Of a stretch of DNA of 37,224 bases, positions 1-10,000 are shown piece after piece; within the stretch, counting starts at the first letter, position 1; each line of letters opens with the position of its first letter. The position numbers and the translations under genes were made by a program. This DNA comes from a virus. Taxonomy: Duplodnaviria; Caudoviricetes. The notes beneath the pieces were generated by a model. The model saw nothing but the letters and a program-made list of their open reading frames with translations. It made no database searches and was not told the DNA's origin. Where the stretch lies: positions 1 through 37,224 of IMG/VR virus record IMGVR_UViG_3300037308_000183. One strand, written 5' to 3'.

Positions 1-213
1 ACCAAAGGCGACCAAGGTGACGGCAGTAACTACGGGCAGATCACCAACGTGCGACTGGCGGTCGGCATCAACGGCTACGGTCGGTGGCTGGTGCCGAAGG
101 TCCGCCTGCGGCGGTTCACCGGGGCGGCGGCCGAGGAGGCGCTCGACGGCGTGTTCTTGCAGGACATCATCGTGAGCCACTATGCCGCCGACTTGGAGGT
201 TGCCACGCGATGA
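1..213 (+). CDS. 3' end of a virion/tail protein (possibly tail tube or DNA-stabilisation protein), 5'-truncated
   Basis: Frame 1 is open from base 1 (TKGDQGDGSNYGQITNVRLAVGINGYGRWLVPKV...EVATR*); TGA at 211-213 overlaps the next ATG; function inferred from position only. Confidence 0.6.
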   Translation, partial: TKGDQGDGSNYGQITNVRLAVGINGYGRWLVPKVRLRRFTGAAAEEALDGVFLQDIIVSHYAADLEVATR

Positions 214-590
214 CGGCACCGTTCCGCCCAGAGGCTCGCCCTCTCGAACACATCGAACGAGTGCGCTGGCTCCGGGCGCTCGCGCAGATCGCGGACGCCT
301 CGACCGAATCGACGCTGTACGACTGCCCGCCGGGGCGGCTGGCGCGTGGGCGGGTGTTTGTCTGCAACCGCTCACCCTCGGCGCGGACCTTCAGCATCCG
401 CTTGCAGGAGAACGGGGCGGCGGACGACAACAAGCAGTACCTCGCCTACGCCTTCCCGCTCCCGGCGAACGACACCAACGTGACCGAGGAACTGACCCTG
501 ACGGCGGGCGACAGTATCGAAGTCCTCGGGAGCGCCAACGACGTGACCTTCCAGTTCATCGGCCACACCGAGCCGAAGGACACCCCGTGA
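210..590 (+). CDS. Hypothetical virion-associated beta-rich protein
   Basis: ATGA overlap with GGAGG upstream; MTAPFRPEAR...LTLTAGDSIEVLGSANDVTFQFIG. Confidence 0.75.
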   Translation: MTAPFRPEARPLEHIERVRWLRALAQIADASTESTLYDCPPGRLARGRVFVCNRSPSARTFSIRLQENGAADDNKQYLAYAFPLPANDTNVTEELTLTAGDSIEVLGSANDVTFQFIGHTEPKDTP

Positions 591-1153
591 CGATGGTGAA
601 GCACCCCGTCCCGCCACCGCTGGTGGTCCCGGCCAGTAGTGCGGCCGTGAGCTTCTCCTCGGGGGGGACGACGAACGACTACGCGGTCCCATCGGAAGTG
701 ACCTTCCTCGCCGCGTCGGTGTCGAGCGCAGGCGACCACACGATCACGGGGTTTGCTGGAGGCACGCCGGGCCGGGTGCTGGTCATCGCCAATCAGGGAG
801 GGCGTATCCTCCTCACCCACGCAGACACGGGCTCTGCCGTGGGGAATCGCCTGTCCTTGCTGACGGGCGCCACCACCTACCTGACCCCGTTCGGACGCGC
901 CGTCTTCGTCTACGACGACGTGACCAACGTCTGGTATCAGGTCGCCGGGTCTCTGCAGGGGAACGTGACGCTGGCGCGCACAGCCGCGAGCGGGGCGGGC
1001 TCCTACGGCGGTGGCGTGGGCGTCGTGAGTCTGCAGGACGCGGTGACGGTGCCGTCCTCCAATCCGACGGCGGGCGGGGTGCTGTATTCCGAGGCAGGCG
1101 CACTGAAGTGGCGGGGGTCGAGCGGGACGGTGACGCCGATTGCCCCAGCGTGA
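587..1153 (+). CDS. Putative tail fibre/tail-associated protein
   Basis: GTGA overlap; Gly/Ser/Thr-rich beta-type sequence ending in a fibre-like C-terminus (PSSNPTAGGVLYSEAGALKWRGSSGTVT). Confidence 0.65.
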   Translation: MTMVKHPVPPPLVVPASSAAVSFSSGGTTNDYAVPSEVTFLAASVSSAGDHTITGFAGGTPGRVLVIANQGGRILLTHADTGSAVGNRLSLLTGATTYLTPFGRAVFVYDDVTNVWYQVAGSLQGNVTLARTAASGAGSYGGGVGVVSLQDAVTVPSSNPTAGGVLYSEAGALKWRGSSGTVTPIAPA

Positions 1154-1181
1154 TTGACACGGCGACGACAGTCGCCACATT
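1154..1181 (+). promoter_or_regulatory. Possible sigma70-like promoter with a palindromic spacer
   Basis: TTGACA (1154-1159), 16 nt, CACATT; the spacer holds the inverted repeat GGCGAC-gaca-GTCGCC. Confidence 0.35.
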
Positions 1182-1202
1182 GCTGGCCGAGGGGGGTCGC
1201 AC

Positions 1203-2003
1203 ATGGGGTTCTTTCTCACGGATGCCGTGAAGGGCGTCGGCAAAGCCATCGGTGGCGCCGCCAAGGGCGCCTTCAACGTCGCCAAAAAGGTGGCGCCGAT
1301 CGCGTCGATGGTCCCGGGACCGTGGCAGGTCCCGGCGATCGCGTTCACGGCCGGGAACAAGGTCCTCGGGGGCGGGGGTGGCGCTCCGGCGCCCGGTGGT
1401 GGTGGCATCAACATTCCCGGAGTGGGCAACATCGACCTCGGGAAGGTCCTCGGTGGGGCTGGGGCCGTCGCCTCGGGGGTCGCGTCCGCCGCCCAGATGG
1501 GCGAAGCGAAGGGGGCGCTGGATACCGCCTCCCAGCAGTGGCAGGAGCGGAACGCCATGCGCGCCCCCTACCGGCAGGCCGCGACCAGCCTGATGGCGGA
1601 CGAGCGGGCGTGGAACGCGCCGGACATCTCGTCGGCGTTCGGCGATCCCACCAACCCGTTCGCGGCTGGGCGCACCTTCAACGCCAGCAAACTCCTCAAC
1701 CGTGGGGTGCCGCAGGGCCTGCAGGCGCTGAACAGCGCCACGCAGGGCTTCAGCCCGAAGAGTGGGAAGCCGTTGGCCCCTCCGGCGGTACGGGAGAAGG
1801 TGCCGCAGGTCGCGATGGACGTCCTGAAGCTCGTCAAGAACGCGAAGGCCAAGAAGGCCGAGCGACAGGCGACGGTCGAGCGAATGAAGGGGCGCCCCGG
1901 GTTCAAGACCGCCATGCGGGTCCAGAGTCTCCTGCCTGCGAAGAAGAAGGCCGCGCCCGCGATGGCCGCCGGTCACAAGCTGTACGGATCGATGCTGAGG
2001 TAG
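1203..2003 (+). CDS. Putative ejection/DNA pilot protein
   Basis: Gly/Ala-rich hydrophobic N-half, helical middle, Lys-rich C-terminus; first of a set of internal-virion-like genes. Confidence 0.6.
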   Translation: MGFFLTDAVKGVGKAIGGAAKGAFNVAKKVAPIASMVPGPWQVPAIAFTAGNKVLGGGGGAPAPGGGGINIPGVGNIDLGKVLGGAGAVASGVASAAQMGEAKGALDTASQQWQERNAMRAPYRQAATSLMADERAWNAPDISSAFGDPTNPFAAGRTFNASKLLNRGVPQGLQALNSATQGFSPKSGKPLAPPAVREKVPQVAMDVLKLVKNAKAKKAERQATVERMKGRPGFKTAMRVQSLLPAKKKAAPAMAAGHKLYGSMLR

Positions 2004-2006
2004 ACC

Positions 2007-3266
2007 ATGGCTACGCTCGCCGCGCTCAACCCGAAGATTCGTCCGCTGGCGGACGTGCCGATGATGGAGGCCGAGGCGCCTCCGGCGGCGACGCCCACTA
2101 CGACGACGCAGGCACCGGCCCCGCCGCCCATTCCGGCGCCGACGCCGACGAAGCCCATCCCGACGGCTCCGGCTCCGGTTCCTGCGCCGACGGCACCAGC
2201 GGCGGCGCCGCTCGCGCCGCAGACACCCGTGCCCCCGCCCGTGATCCCGCCGCCACCCATCGCGCCGACGGCACCAGCGGCCCCAGAGACCACGCGCCTC
2301 GCGCCGCTTCCGATCGGGGCGTCGCCGCTCGCGGGTTCGGGGATGACGGCGTTCGGCACCCTGACCCCGACCACGACCGAGATGGTGAACGGCCCGGGGA
2401 ACACCGGGCCGATCGGCGGTCCCCCGCCGGTCGAGGAGCAGAACGCTCCAGCCGCGCCGCCGAGTGCGTCCGCCGCGCCAGCAAGCTTCGGCGCGCAGGA
2501 CAATCTCATCGGGCGAGAGATCGGCCCCGAAACGGACCCCCGGGTGGCGCGCCTGCAGGATGCGATGGTGGCCGGAGCCGAAGGGCTGGGCACCACGCCC
2601 TACGACCAGTACGTCCGCTCGCAGGCCGAGGCGCTTCAGTCCGGGCCCGACCGTCGGCAGATCGCGCTCGACACCCTGAAGCTGTTCGATGAGCAGACCG
2701 CCGACGAACGGAACCGGGCGACCACGCAGATCGGCCGGGACGCCGCGCGCCTTGGGCGGCTGGGATCGGGGATGGTCACGACCGATCTCGGGAACCTCGA
2801 AGAGCGGCTCCAGACCGGCCGGAATCGGTTCATGAGCGGCTTGCTGAGTGACGTGGCGGGGCAGGAGCAGAGCGATCGGCTGGCGCGCCTCGGCGCGTTT
2901 CAGGACCTGCAGGAAGGCGAGTTCGGCCGTGGCCAGTCGCGCGTCGGTACGCTGGCGGACGTCCAGAACCTGCTCTACGGGCAGGGCGAGGCCGGTCGCG
3001 ACGAACTGCGCGGGGAGCGGGCGTACCAGCGGCAACTGTCCAACGAGGCCCGCGACGCGAACATCATGGAACTGGAGTTGGCCAACCGCCTGCAGAACGA
3101 CGAGTACGCGCGCATGGCGCCGCTCTGGCAGACGCTGGGTGGGGTCGGCTGGGATGGTACGGACTTCGATCCGACGCAGATCGAACGGGCCCGCTTGCTG
3201 GCGGAAGCGTCTCGCGCAGGACTGGGCACCACGGGGCAGACGGGTTACGCCACCGGAGGATACTGA
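2007..3266 (+). CDS. Putative ejection (DNA transfer) protein with Pro-rich N-terminus
   Basis: About 150-aa Pro/Ala/Thr tract, then a Q/E/R helical region with ARLGRLGSGM, resembling podovirus ejection proteins. Confidence 0.6.
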   Translation: MATLAALNPKIRPLADVPMMEAEAPPAATPTTTTQAPAPPPIPAPTPTKPIPTAPAPVPAPTAPAAAPLAPQTPVPPPVIPPPPIAPTAPAAPETTRLAPLPIGASPLAGSGMTAFGTLTPTTTEMVNGPGNTGPIGGPPPVEEQNAPAAPPSASAAPASFGAQDNLIGREIGPETDPRVARLQDAMVAGAEGLGTTPYDQYVRSQAEALQSGPDRRQIALDTLKLFDEQTADERNRATTQIGRDAARLGRLGSGMVTTDLGNLEERLQTGRNRFMSGLLSDVAGQEQSDRLARLGAFQDLQEGEFGRGQSRVGTLADVQNLLYGQGEAGRDELRGERAYQRQLSNEARDANIMELELANRLQNDEYARMAPLWQTLGGVGWDGTDFDPTQIERARLLAEASRAGLGTTGQTGYATGGY

Positions 3267-3269
3267 GCC

Positions 3270-4019
3270 ATGGGACTGGACCTCGCCACGCTGGCACAGG
3301 CCTTCGGCACTGGGGTCGGCGGATACTTGCAGGGGCGCACCGAGAAGAAGCGGTACGAGACCGAGCAGGCCGAGCGGAAGAGCGAGCGCGAGCGGGAGCA
3401 GGCGCGGTACGAGGACGAGCGTCAGCGGCAGACCGAGCGGGATGCCGTCGCCGCCGCCTCGGCCGAGTCGCTCAACCGCGCCCGGAACGCGGAGCAGGAG
3501 CGCTACGAGACCGAGCGGGCCGAGAAGGTGGCGGCGCGGGGATCGCGGGCGCGGGCGCTCGAAGAGGCCGTGATGCGGGGCGCCGCGAACGAGCAGGAGC
3601 GGGCCCAGATCGCCGCCGACCTCAGCAAACTGCCGGACGATGAGGCGGGGGTTGCCTATCTGGAGCAGGCGCTGGAGCGCCAGAAGGAGGGGCGCACCCA
3701 GCGGCACCAGATGGGCATGACCACGGCCCGAGCCACGGCCGACGAGCCGACGCGGCAGGAGCGCATCATGGCTCACGCCCAGCGGCTGGCACAGTCGGGC
3801 GAGATGACGCCGGAGGAGGCCTACGAGGAGGCGGTCGCCCTGTACGACCAGCAGGACCTGCAGGCCGCCGTCCGCGCGGTGCGCGCGAAGATCGCCTCGG
3901 GGGCGCCGCTCTCGCCACAAGAGAAGCGGGTCGCGGATGAGATGGGCCTGCTCCCACCGGAGGGCATCCCGGACGCCTTCCAGCAGGCGATCGTCAACCT
4001 CCGCACCCCGCCCCGGTGA
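3270..4019 (+). CDS. Putative ejection protein, coiled-coil
   Basis: N-terminal LAQAFGTGVGGYLQG followed by an E/R/Q-rich coiled coil. Confidence 0.6.
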   Translation: MGLDLATLAQAFGTGVGGYLQGRTEKKRYETEQAERKSEREREQARYEDERQRQTERDAVAAASAESLNRARNAEQERYETERAEKVAARGSRARALEEAVMRGAANEQERAQIAADLSKLPDDEAGVAYLEQALERQKEGRTQRHQMGMTTARATADEPTRQERIMAHAQRLAQSGEMTPEEAYEEAVALYDQQDLQAAVRAVRAKIASGAPLSPQEKRVADEMGLLPPEGIPDAFQQAIVNLRTPPR

Positions 4020-7000
4020 CCGCCCCGATCGACTGGCGCGCGGTAGACCGGGCCTTGGCTCGGCGCCGCCAGCGTCGCGAGGAGCGCGAGCCCGTCGCAC
4101 CCACCGAGGACGAGGGGCCGTCGTGGTGGGAGCGCAAGAAGCAGGAGTTTCTTGCTGGGATGGACGTAGGCGAGTCAACGGCTGGCGGGCTGGAGAGTAG
4201 TGCGCTGGCGACCGGCGCCGGACTGGCGTCCATTCCCGACCTCCTGATCCCCGATGACGCCCAGAACGCCGTCGCCCGGAGCCTGAACGAGTTCAGCAAA
4301 GGGCTGTCGCGGGCGGCGACCGAGCGGAAGAACCGGCTGGCCGAGGAGGCCATGGCCCTGCGGGAGGGCGAGGAAGCGCCGACCGGGTTCTGGGATGCCG
4401 TCACCCGGCCGCGCACGCTGGGGTACTTGGGTGGACGTTTGGGCGGGGACGTGGCGCAGTTCGCGGCCGGTGGGGCCGCCCTTCGCGGTGCCGGAGCCGG
4501 GCTGGGGATGACGCGCGCCGCCGGGACCGGGAAGCTGGCCGATGTCCTGCGGGCGGCCGGAAGCGTGGCCAGCAAGTTCCCGAAGACGGCTGGCGCCGCT
4601 GGCCGGATCGCCTCGGGCGCCGCCGCCTCCGTGCCGATCTCGGTGGCCCAGAGCCTCGGGGACCCGGAGGAGTCGGTCCTCCCGGCCTACGAGATGCTCA
4701 CCAAGAAGCCTCTCAGCCCCGGCATGGAGGCCGTGAACGAGAACCCGATCACCCGGGCGGCGTTCAACGCCGGAGTGGATGCGGGAATCGGCACCCTCTT
4801 CGAGGCCTTCCCGGCCATGGCCCGGGTGATGCGCGCCACCAAGGGCGAGAAGATCGCTCCGACAGGTGAGCGGCTGGCCCAGCAGGTCAAGCACGTCCGT
4901 TCGGCCGAGCGGCTGGGGAACATGGACCCGCTCGCCCGGCGGGTGATGCCGGGTCAGTTTGCTGAGACCGGGGTGCCGGGTCCTACGGCCCCCCTGAAGC
5001 GGCTGGCGCAGGTCGAGGAGCAGGGCGCGCAGGCGCGCCGGGTGGCCGATCTGGAGGCCGAGCCCTCCCGGTTCCCGGGCGAGGTCGAGGAGGCGCTGGC
5101 CAGCCACCGCGAGGGCGCCGAGCAGGCCGCCCGGGTTGCTGAAGCCTCCGCCGAGCGGGCCCGGCTGGCCGCCGAGGCCACTGCCCACCGCGAGGCCCTG
5201 CGGCAGGCCATCGAAGAACACTCGGCCCGCGCCGGGCAGGGGCTCCCGACCCCACGGCGGGGGCAGACCCACGCCCAGATTCGGGACGAGCAGATCGAAG
5301 CCGGGGTGGCGGCACGGGAGATCGAACCCCCACCCGCCCGGTCCCCGCACTACGCCGCCCAGCGGCTCCTGCCGCTCGGAGAGGCGCTAGGACTGCCGAA
5401 GAAGTGGCGGAAGGCTGTCCCACCCGCCGCCGCCGGGATCGGGGCTCTGGGGGCCTCCCAGCTTGCAGGAGACCCATCGGAGGAGATCGACCGCGCCGCC
5501 ATCGACCCGGCAACGGCCGCGATTCTGGCGGGCCTGCTCGGGGCGGGGGCCCTGAAGGCCGGGGCGAAGGGCGTGAAGCCCGCCGCCGCCGCCGCCGCGC
5601 GGGCCCGGGGGGTCGCGGAGCGGGTCCTGAAGCCCGCCATCCAGATCAAGAGCTTCCGGGGGAACCTGATCGATGAGGTCTGGACCGGGGAGAACCACCT
5701 CGACGCCGCCATGAAGGCGGTGCGGGACCTCAAGGATCGGGGCCTGCCGGTCACCCGGGAGATGCTGGATCAGGCCTACGATCGGGAGATGGTGGACGGC
5801 TTCCTGACCACGCACGGCCGGTTCGTGAACCGCCACGCGGCGGGCGAGATGGAGGGGATGCCCCACGCCACCTCGCTCATCTCCGAACAGTTGGAAGGGA
5901 CGGCGGAGGGGCGGGCGGCGTCGGCGCTGGAGCCGGAGCGGATCACCGGAGCGGCGACGATCATCACCCGGGTGCCTGCGCGGGCTCGGACCATGGTGGA
6001 CATCGACGAGGTGTTTACTGGGACCAGCCATCTGGAGTCCGGTCAGCGGGCGGCGCGGGTGCTGGGGATGAGCATGGAGGACGCCTACGCACAGGGCTAC
6101 CTGAAGGACGGCTTCCAGACCACGCGGCGGAAGTTCATCACTCGCGCGACGGCGCGGGACGTGGCCGAGATGTCCGGGCAGGTGGAGAAGGGCGCGTGGC
6201 GCGACAAGGAACTGGTCAGCGAGATGCTCGACTTCGGGCCGAAGCGGCCCGGCGCCATGCGCGCCGCCGCCAATGCGCCGAAGGAGATCGAAGCCAAGCC
6301 GGTACTGGTGCCGACGAAGCGCACAGTCGGCTACGGTACAGAGTTCGACACGGCCGACGCCCGGTCCTACGACCTCATTGATGAGCGCGGGCGCAAGGTC
6401 GCCACCGTCGATGCAGTTATCCGCAACGGGCGGGCCAATCTCGACATCGACCCGGTGGGCGGCTACGACGATACGGTCAACCGCTTCGGCCCCGGGGTCA
6501 TGCGGGACTTGCTGGAGCAGTTCCGGGCCATGAACCCCAACGTCCGGGTGCTGACGGGCGAGCGCATCACGGGTGCCGGTGGACTGGGCCCGGCCCGCGC
6601 CTCCGACATTCCACGCAACGTAGAGATTCCGCTTCCCGGTAAGGGGTCGCGTCCCAGCAAAGCGATGATCCCGCAGGAGTCGAAGACCGAGCGACTCATC
6701 CCGCGCTTGCAGGAACTGGACGAGGAGAACGTAGACGAGATCAACACGATGGTGATGGACGCTCTGCGGCCCGAGGGCGCCGATCTGGTGGCCGAGGCGG
6801 TCGGTATCCCCGGGCACCGGGTGGCGATCGCTTCGGGGCGCGGCCATTGGGGCAAACACCTCACGCCGAACACGATCATGGCGCTCCACCGGGACACGCC
6901 GGTCGAGAAGGTGCGGATGCTGGCGGCGGCGCACGGGATCGTGCAGGGCCAGCGGGCGCAGGTCTGGATGCAGATGGTGCCGGAGGGCACCGAAGGCGCC

Positions 7001-10000
7001 AGCAAAGGCTGGGTGATCCGCACGGGCGCGAACGCCGACCTGACGGCGTCCGAGTACCGCACCCTGACCGAGACGATCGACGGCGACGCGCGATTCGCGG
7101 CGCTCGACGGCTCGACGTTCACGGGGCGCGAGGCTATATTTAGGAACTTCACCGACACCCCGGACGACGAGTACGCCCGCCTGCTCACGGAAGCGGCGGA
7201 CGAGGCTGGTCTCGACGTGGGGATCGCGACCCGCCACTTCATCGGGGAGTACCTCGACGATGCCAGTGCGTTCGTTGGAGCTTTCGCCGGAGACCGAGGC
7301 GCGCTTGAGCGGGTACTTGATCTCCTCCGCACCCGGACAGGGCCCCTCTTCGAAAGCATCGGAGAAACCCTCGGAGACGCCGACGTCCCCACCCGAGTCC
7401 GCGACTGGATTCGACAGGTCGAAGACGCCGCCGGGCTCCGCCCCCGCGAAGTAATCCCCGAGCCCCGCTGGAGCGAGCGGGGCAGTATCCCGCTGGCCAA
7501 GGCGCGCTCCACCGAGCCGCGCGTCACCACGCCGAAGCAGGCGCCGCAGGACCTCACGACCCCTGCAGGGCGCGAGCGGTTGCGGGCGAGCGGCGTCAAG
7601 GTCAGCGATCGCATCGAAGTCCTGCACCGGCTCATCCGACGTGAGCGCGTGGCGCCGGTCGCCGATGACGCGACGTGGGCGGATCGCATTGCGCGCGGCC
7701 GGAGGCTGGGCCTGCGAGACGTGTCCCGGGCCCTGAAGATGGACCGGGTGCGTGACGCCATCCGCTGGTTCAAGGAGGACGTCCGCAAGCTGGACGACTA
7801 CGCCGTCGCGTGGCAACCGGAACTGCGTGACCCCAGCAAGATGACGCTGTTCCACGTCGTCGCGGCGCTGACGTCAGCGGGTCAGAACCCCACCGAGAAC
7901 CTGAAGATGGCGCTGGCGATCATGCGGCGCTATCACCGGACGGGTGACGTCAGGATGGGTCAGGTTGTCAGGACGGGCAAGGGCACCGGACGGCGACTGG
8001 ACTTCCGTCCCGGCGACGTGCCCGGCGCGAAGACGCAAGCCACGATCGGTGGGGCGCTGGAGAAACTCCAGACGGTGCTGGAGAAGTACCCGGGCGATCT
8101 CGACGCCGCCATGAAGCACCTGCTCACGCCCACCGTGGACGACATCGGGGTCCGCATGTACCCGACGTTCGAACTGTTCGGCGACAAGCTGGGTCGGTAT
8201 GCCTTGAACCTGAACGGCATCCACGACGAGGCGACGGTCGATCTCTGGATGATGCGGCAGTACCGCCGCTGGATGGGCGAGATCAAGGTCACCAAGGCCA
8301 ACACGGGTGGGGACGAGAAGGGGTATATCCTGCACGACGTGCCGACCATCGAAGAGAAGCGGGCGGTGCGGCGGATTCTCACGGACGTGGCGGACGCCCT
8401 CAGCAAACAGCAGGATAAACACTACGACGTCTCGGACGTGCAGGCCCTGCTGTGGTACTACGAGAAGGAACTGTTCGGGGACCCGCTGGGGTCCTACGCC
8501 GAATCCTTCCGCGACCTGATGATGAGGCACTACGATGAGCGGAACTTCACAGCGACCACCGTCGAGCGACTTGCCGCATCCCGAGGTACTCGAAAGGTTA
8601 GCAAGCCTCTCGGAGGCTGGGACGCTCCCGAGTATCGCCGACCTGAAAAGCGCCCTACGGTCACTGATGAGGCAGACGTTCTCCGCAACCTCCGAGGGCG
8701 CCCGCACATCATCGGCGCGGCCGGAGCCGTCGGCGCCGGAGCAGTCGCCGACCAGCTAATCGGCGACGAGGAGGAGGGCGAAGGTCCGACCGAGGCCGGG
8801 CTCGGGAAGAAGCTCGGGATCGCAGGTGCCGCCCTGCTGGGCGGAGGAGCGGCCCGGAAGGCGCTGGCGAAGGCCGCGCCCGAGGTGGCCCCGACGGTGC
8901 GAGTGCCGTTCCAGACGCCACGGGGGATGCGGACCATCGAACGGCGCGTGCCTCCGCACGCCCGCCCCGTGGGTAGGGTGGACGCCGCCGGATACAGCCA
9001 CCAACTGAAGAGCTTCCCGACGGCCCTGCGCCAGAAGGTGCGTGACGAGGCCGAGCGGCTGATCGCCGCCGGAGAATTGCCGCAGAAGCGGACGGTGGGC
9101 TGGGACGAGACGCGCGAGGTGGCCCGCAGGCTCAACATGGATGACATCATGCGCGCCGACCTGAACGGCGACGTGGATGGCACCACGCTGGCGGCGATGT
9201 CGAGCGTGTACCAGCGCAACGAGGACACGATCAGCAAGCTGACGGCGCAGTTGGCTGAGGCGTCGAGCCCCACGAAGTTCGACGAGAACCGGATGGTGGG
9301 CGCCGCGAACCAGTTGGACCACCTGCTCGACCAGCAAACGCAGTTGGTGAAGATGTTCTTCCCCCGCGTGAGCGAGGCCGGGCGCACCCTGAACACCCTG
9401 AAGATGACGGCGGGCCGGGGGCTGAAGCCGGAGAACGAGTTCCAGTGGCACGTCCGCCTGCGCCGGGTGGCTGGGCGCGACCTCCTGCCCGAGGAACTGG
9501 TGGCCCTGCGGCAGGCGCTGAAGCACGCCGACCACGCGAAGGTGCGGCAGTTGGCCGAGTCGCTGGTGAAGCCGATCCACTGGCTCTCGCCCGAGGCGAT
9601 CCTCACGCTCCGCAAGGCGGGCCTGCTGACGGGTCTGCGGACGCAGGCGCGCAACCTCCTGTCGAACACGACCGAGGGGGTCATGCGGCAGGGCGACGCC
9701 GGGGGTGCGGCGGTCCTCGACTGGCTGGCCAGCAAGTTCACGGGGGTGCGGACGACGGCGTTCGATCCGGTGGGGCGGATTCAGGCCTCGGCCCGGGGCG
9801 CCCGGCGCGCGTTCGGCAAGGACGGCACGTTCGCGCAGGTGATGCGCGGCGAACTGGGAAGCGATTACCTGCGGAAGCTGGACCTCCCGGCCGAGACGAA
9901 GATCGGCGGAGCCCCCGTCCGCCTCAGTAAAACGCTCGACAGCTACCAGAAGTTCATGTTCCGGGTGCAGGGCGCCGCCGACCAGCCCGCCCGACAGGCC

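Noticed and set aside
813-4178. 1121-aa minus-strand ORF and other long antisense or alternate-frame ORFs (e.g. 5387-7855, 21480-23519, 29824-32034, 31901-34609)
   Set aside because: Shadow ORFs of high-GC3 genes: R/P/G/A-rich, no motifs, and fully overlapping well-supported genes
6273-6533. Other alternate-frame ORFs in the giant gene (4542, 5136, 6273, 8307, 8826) as nested genes
   Set aside because: Typical S/P/T/R/W shadow composition, with no convincing SD or sustained GC3 drop
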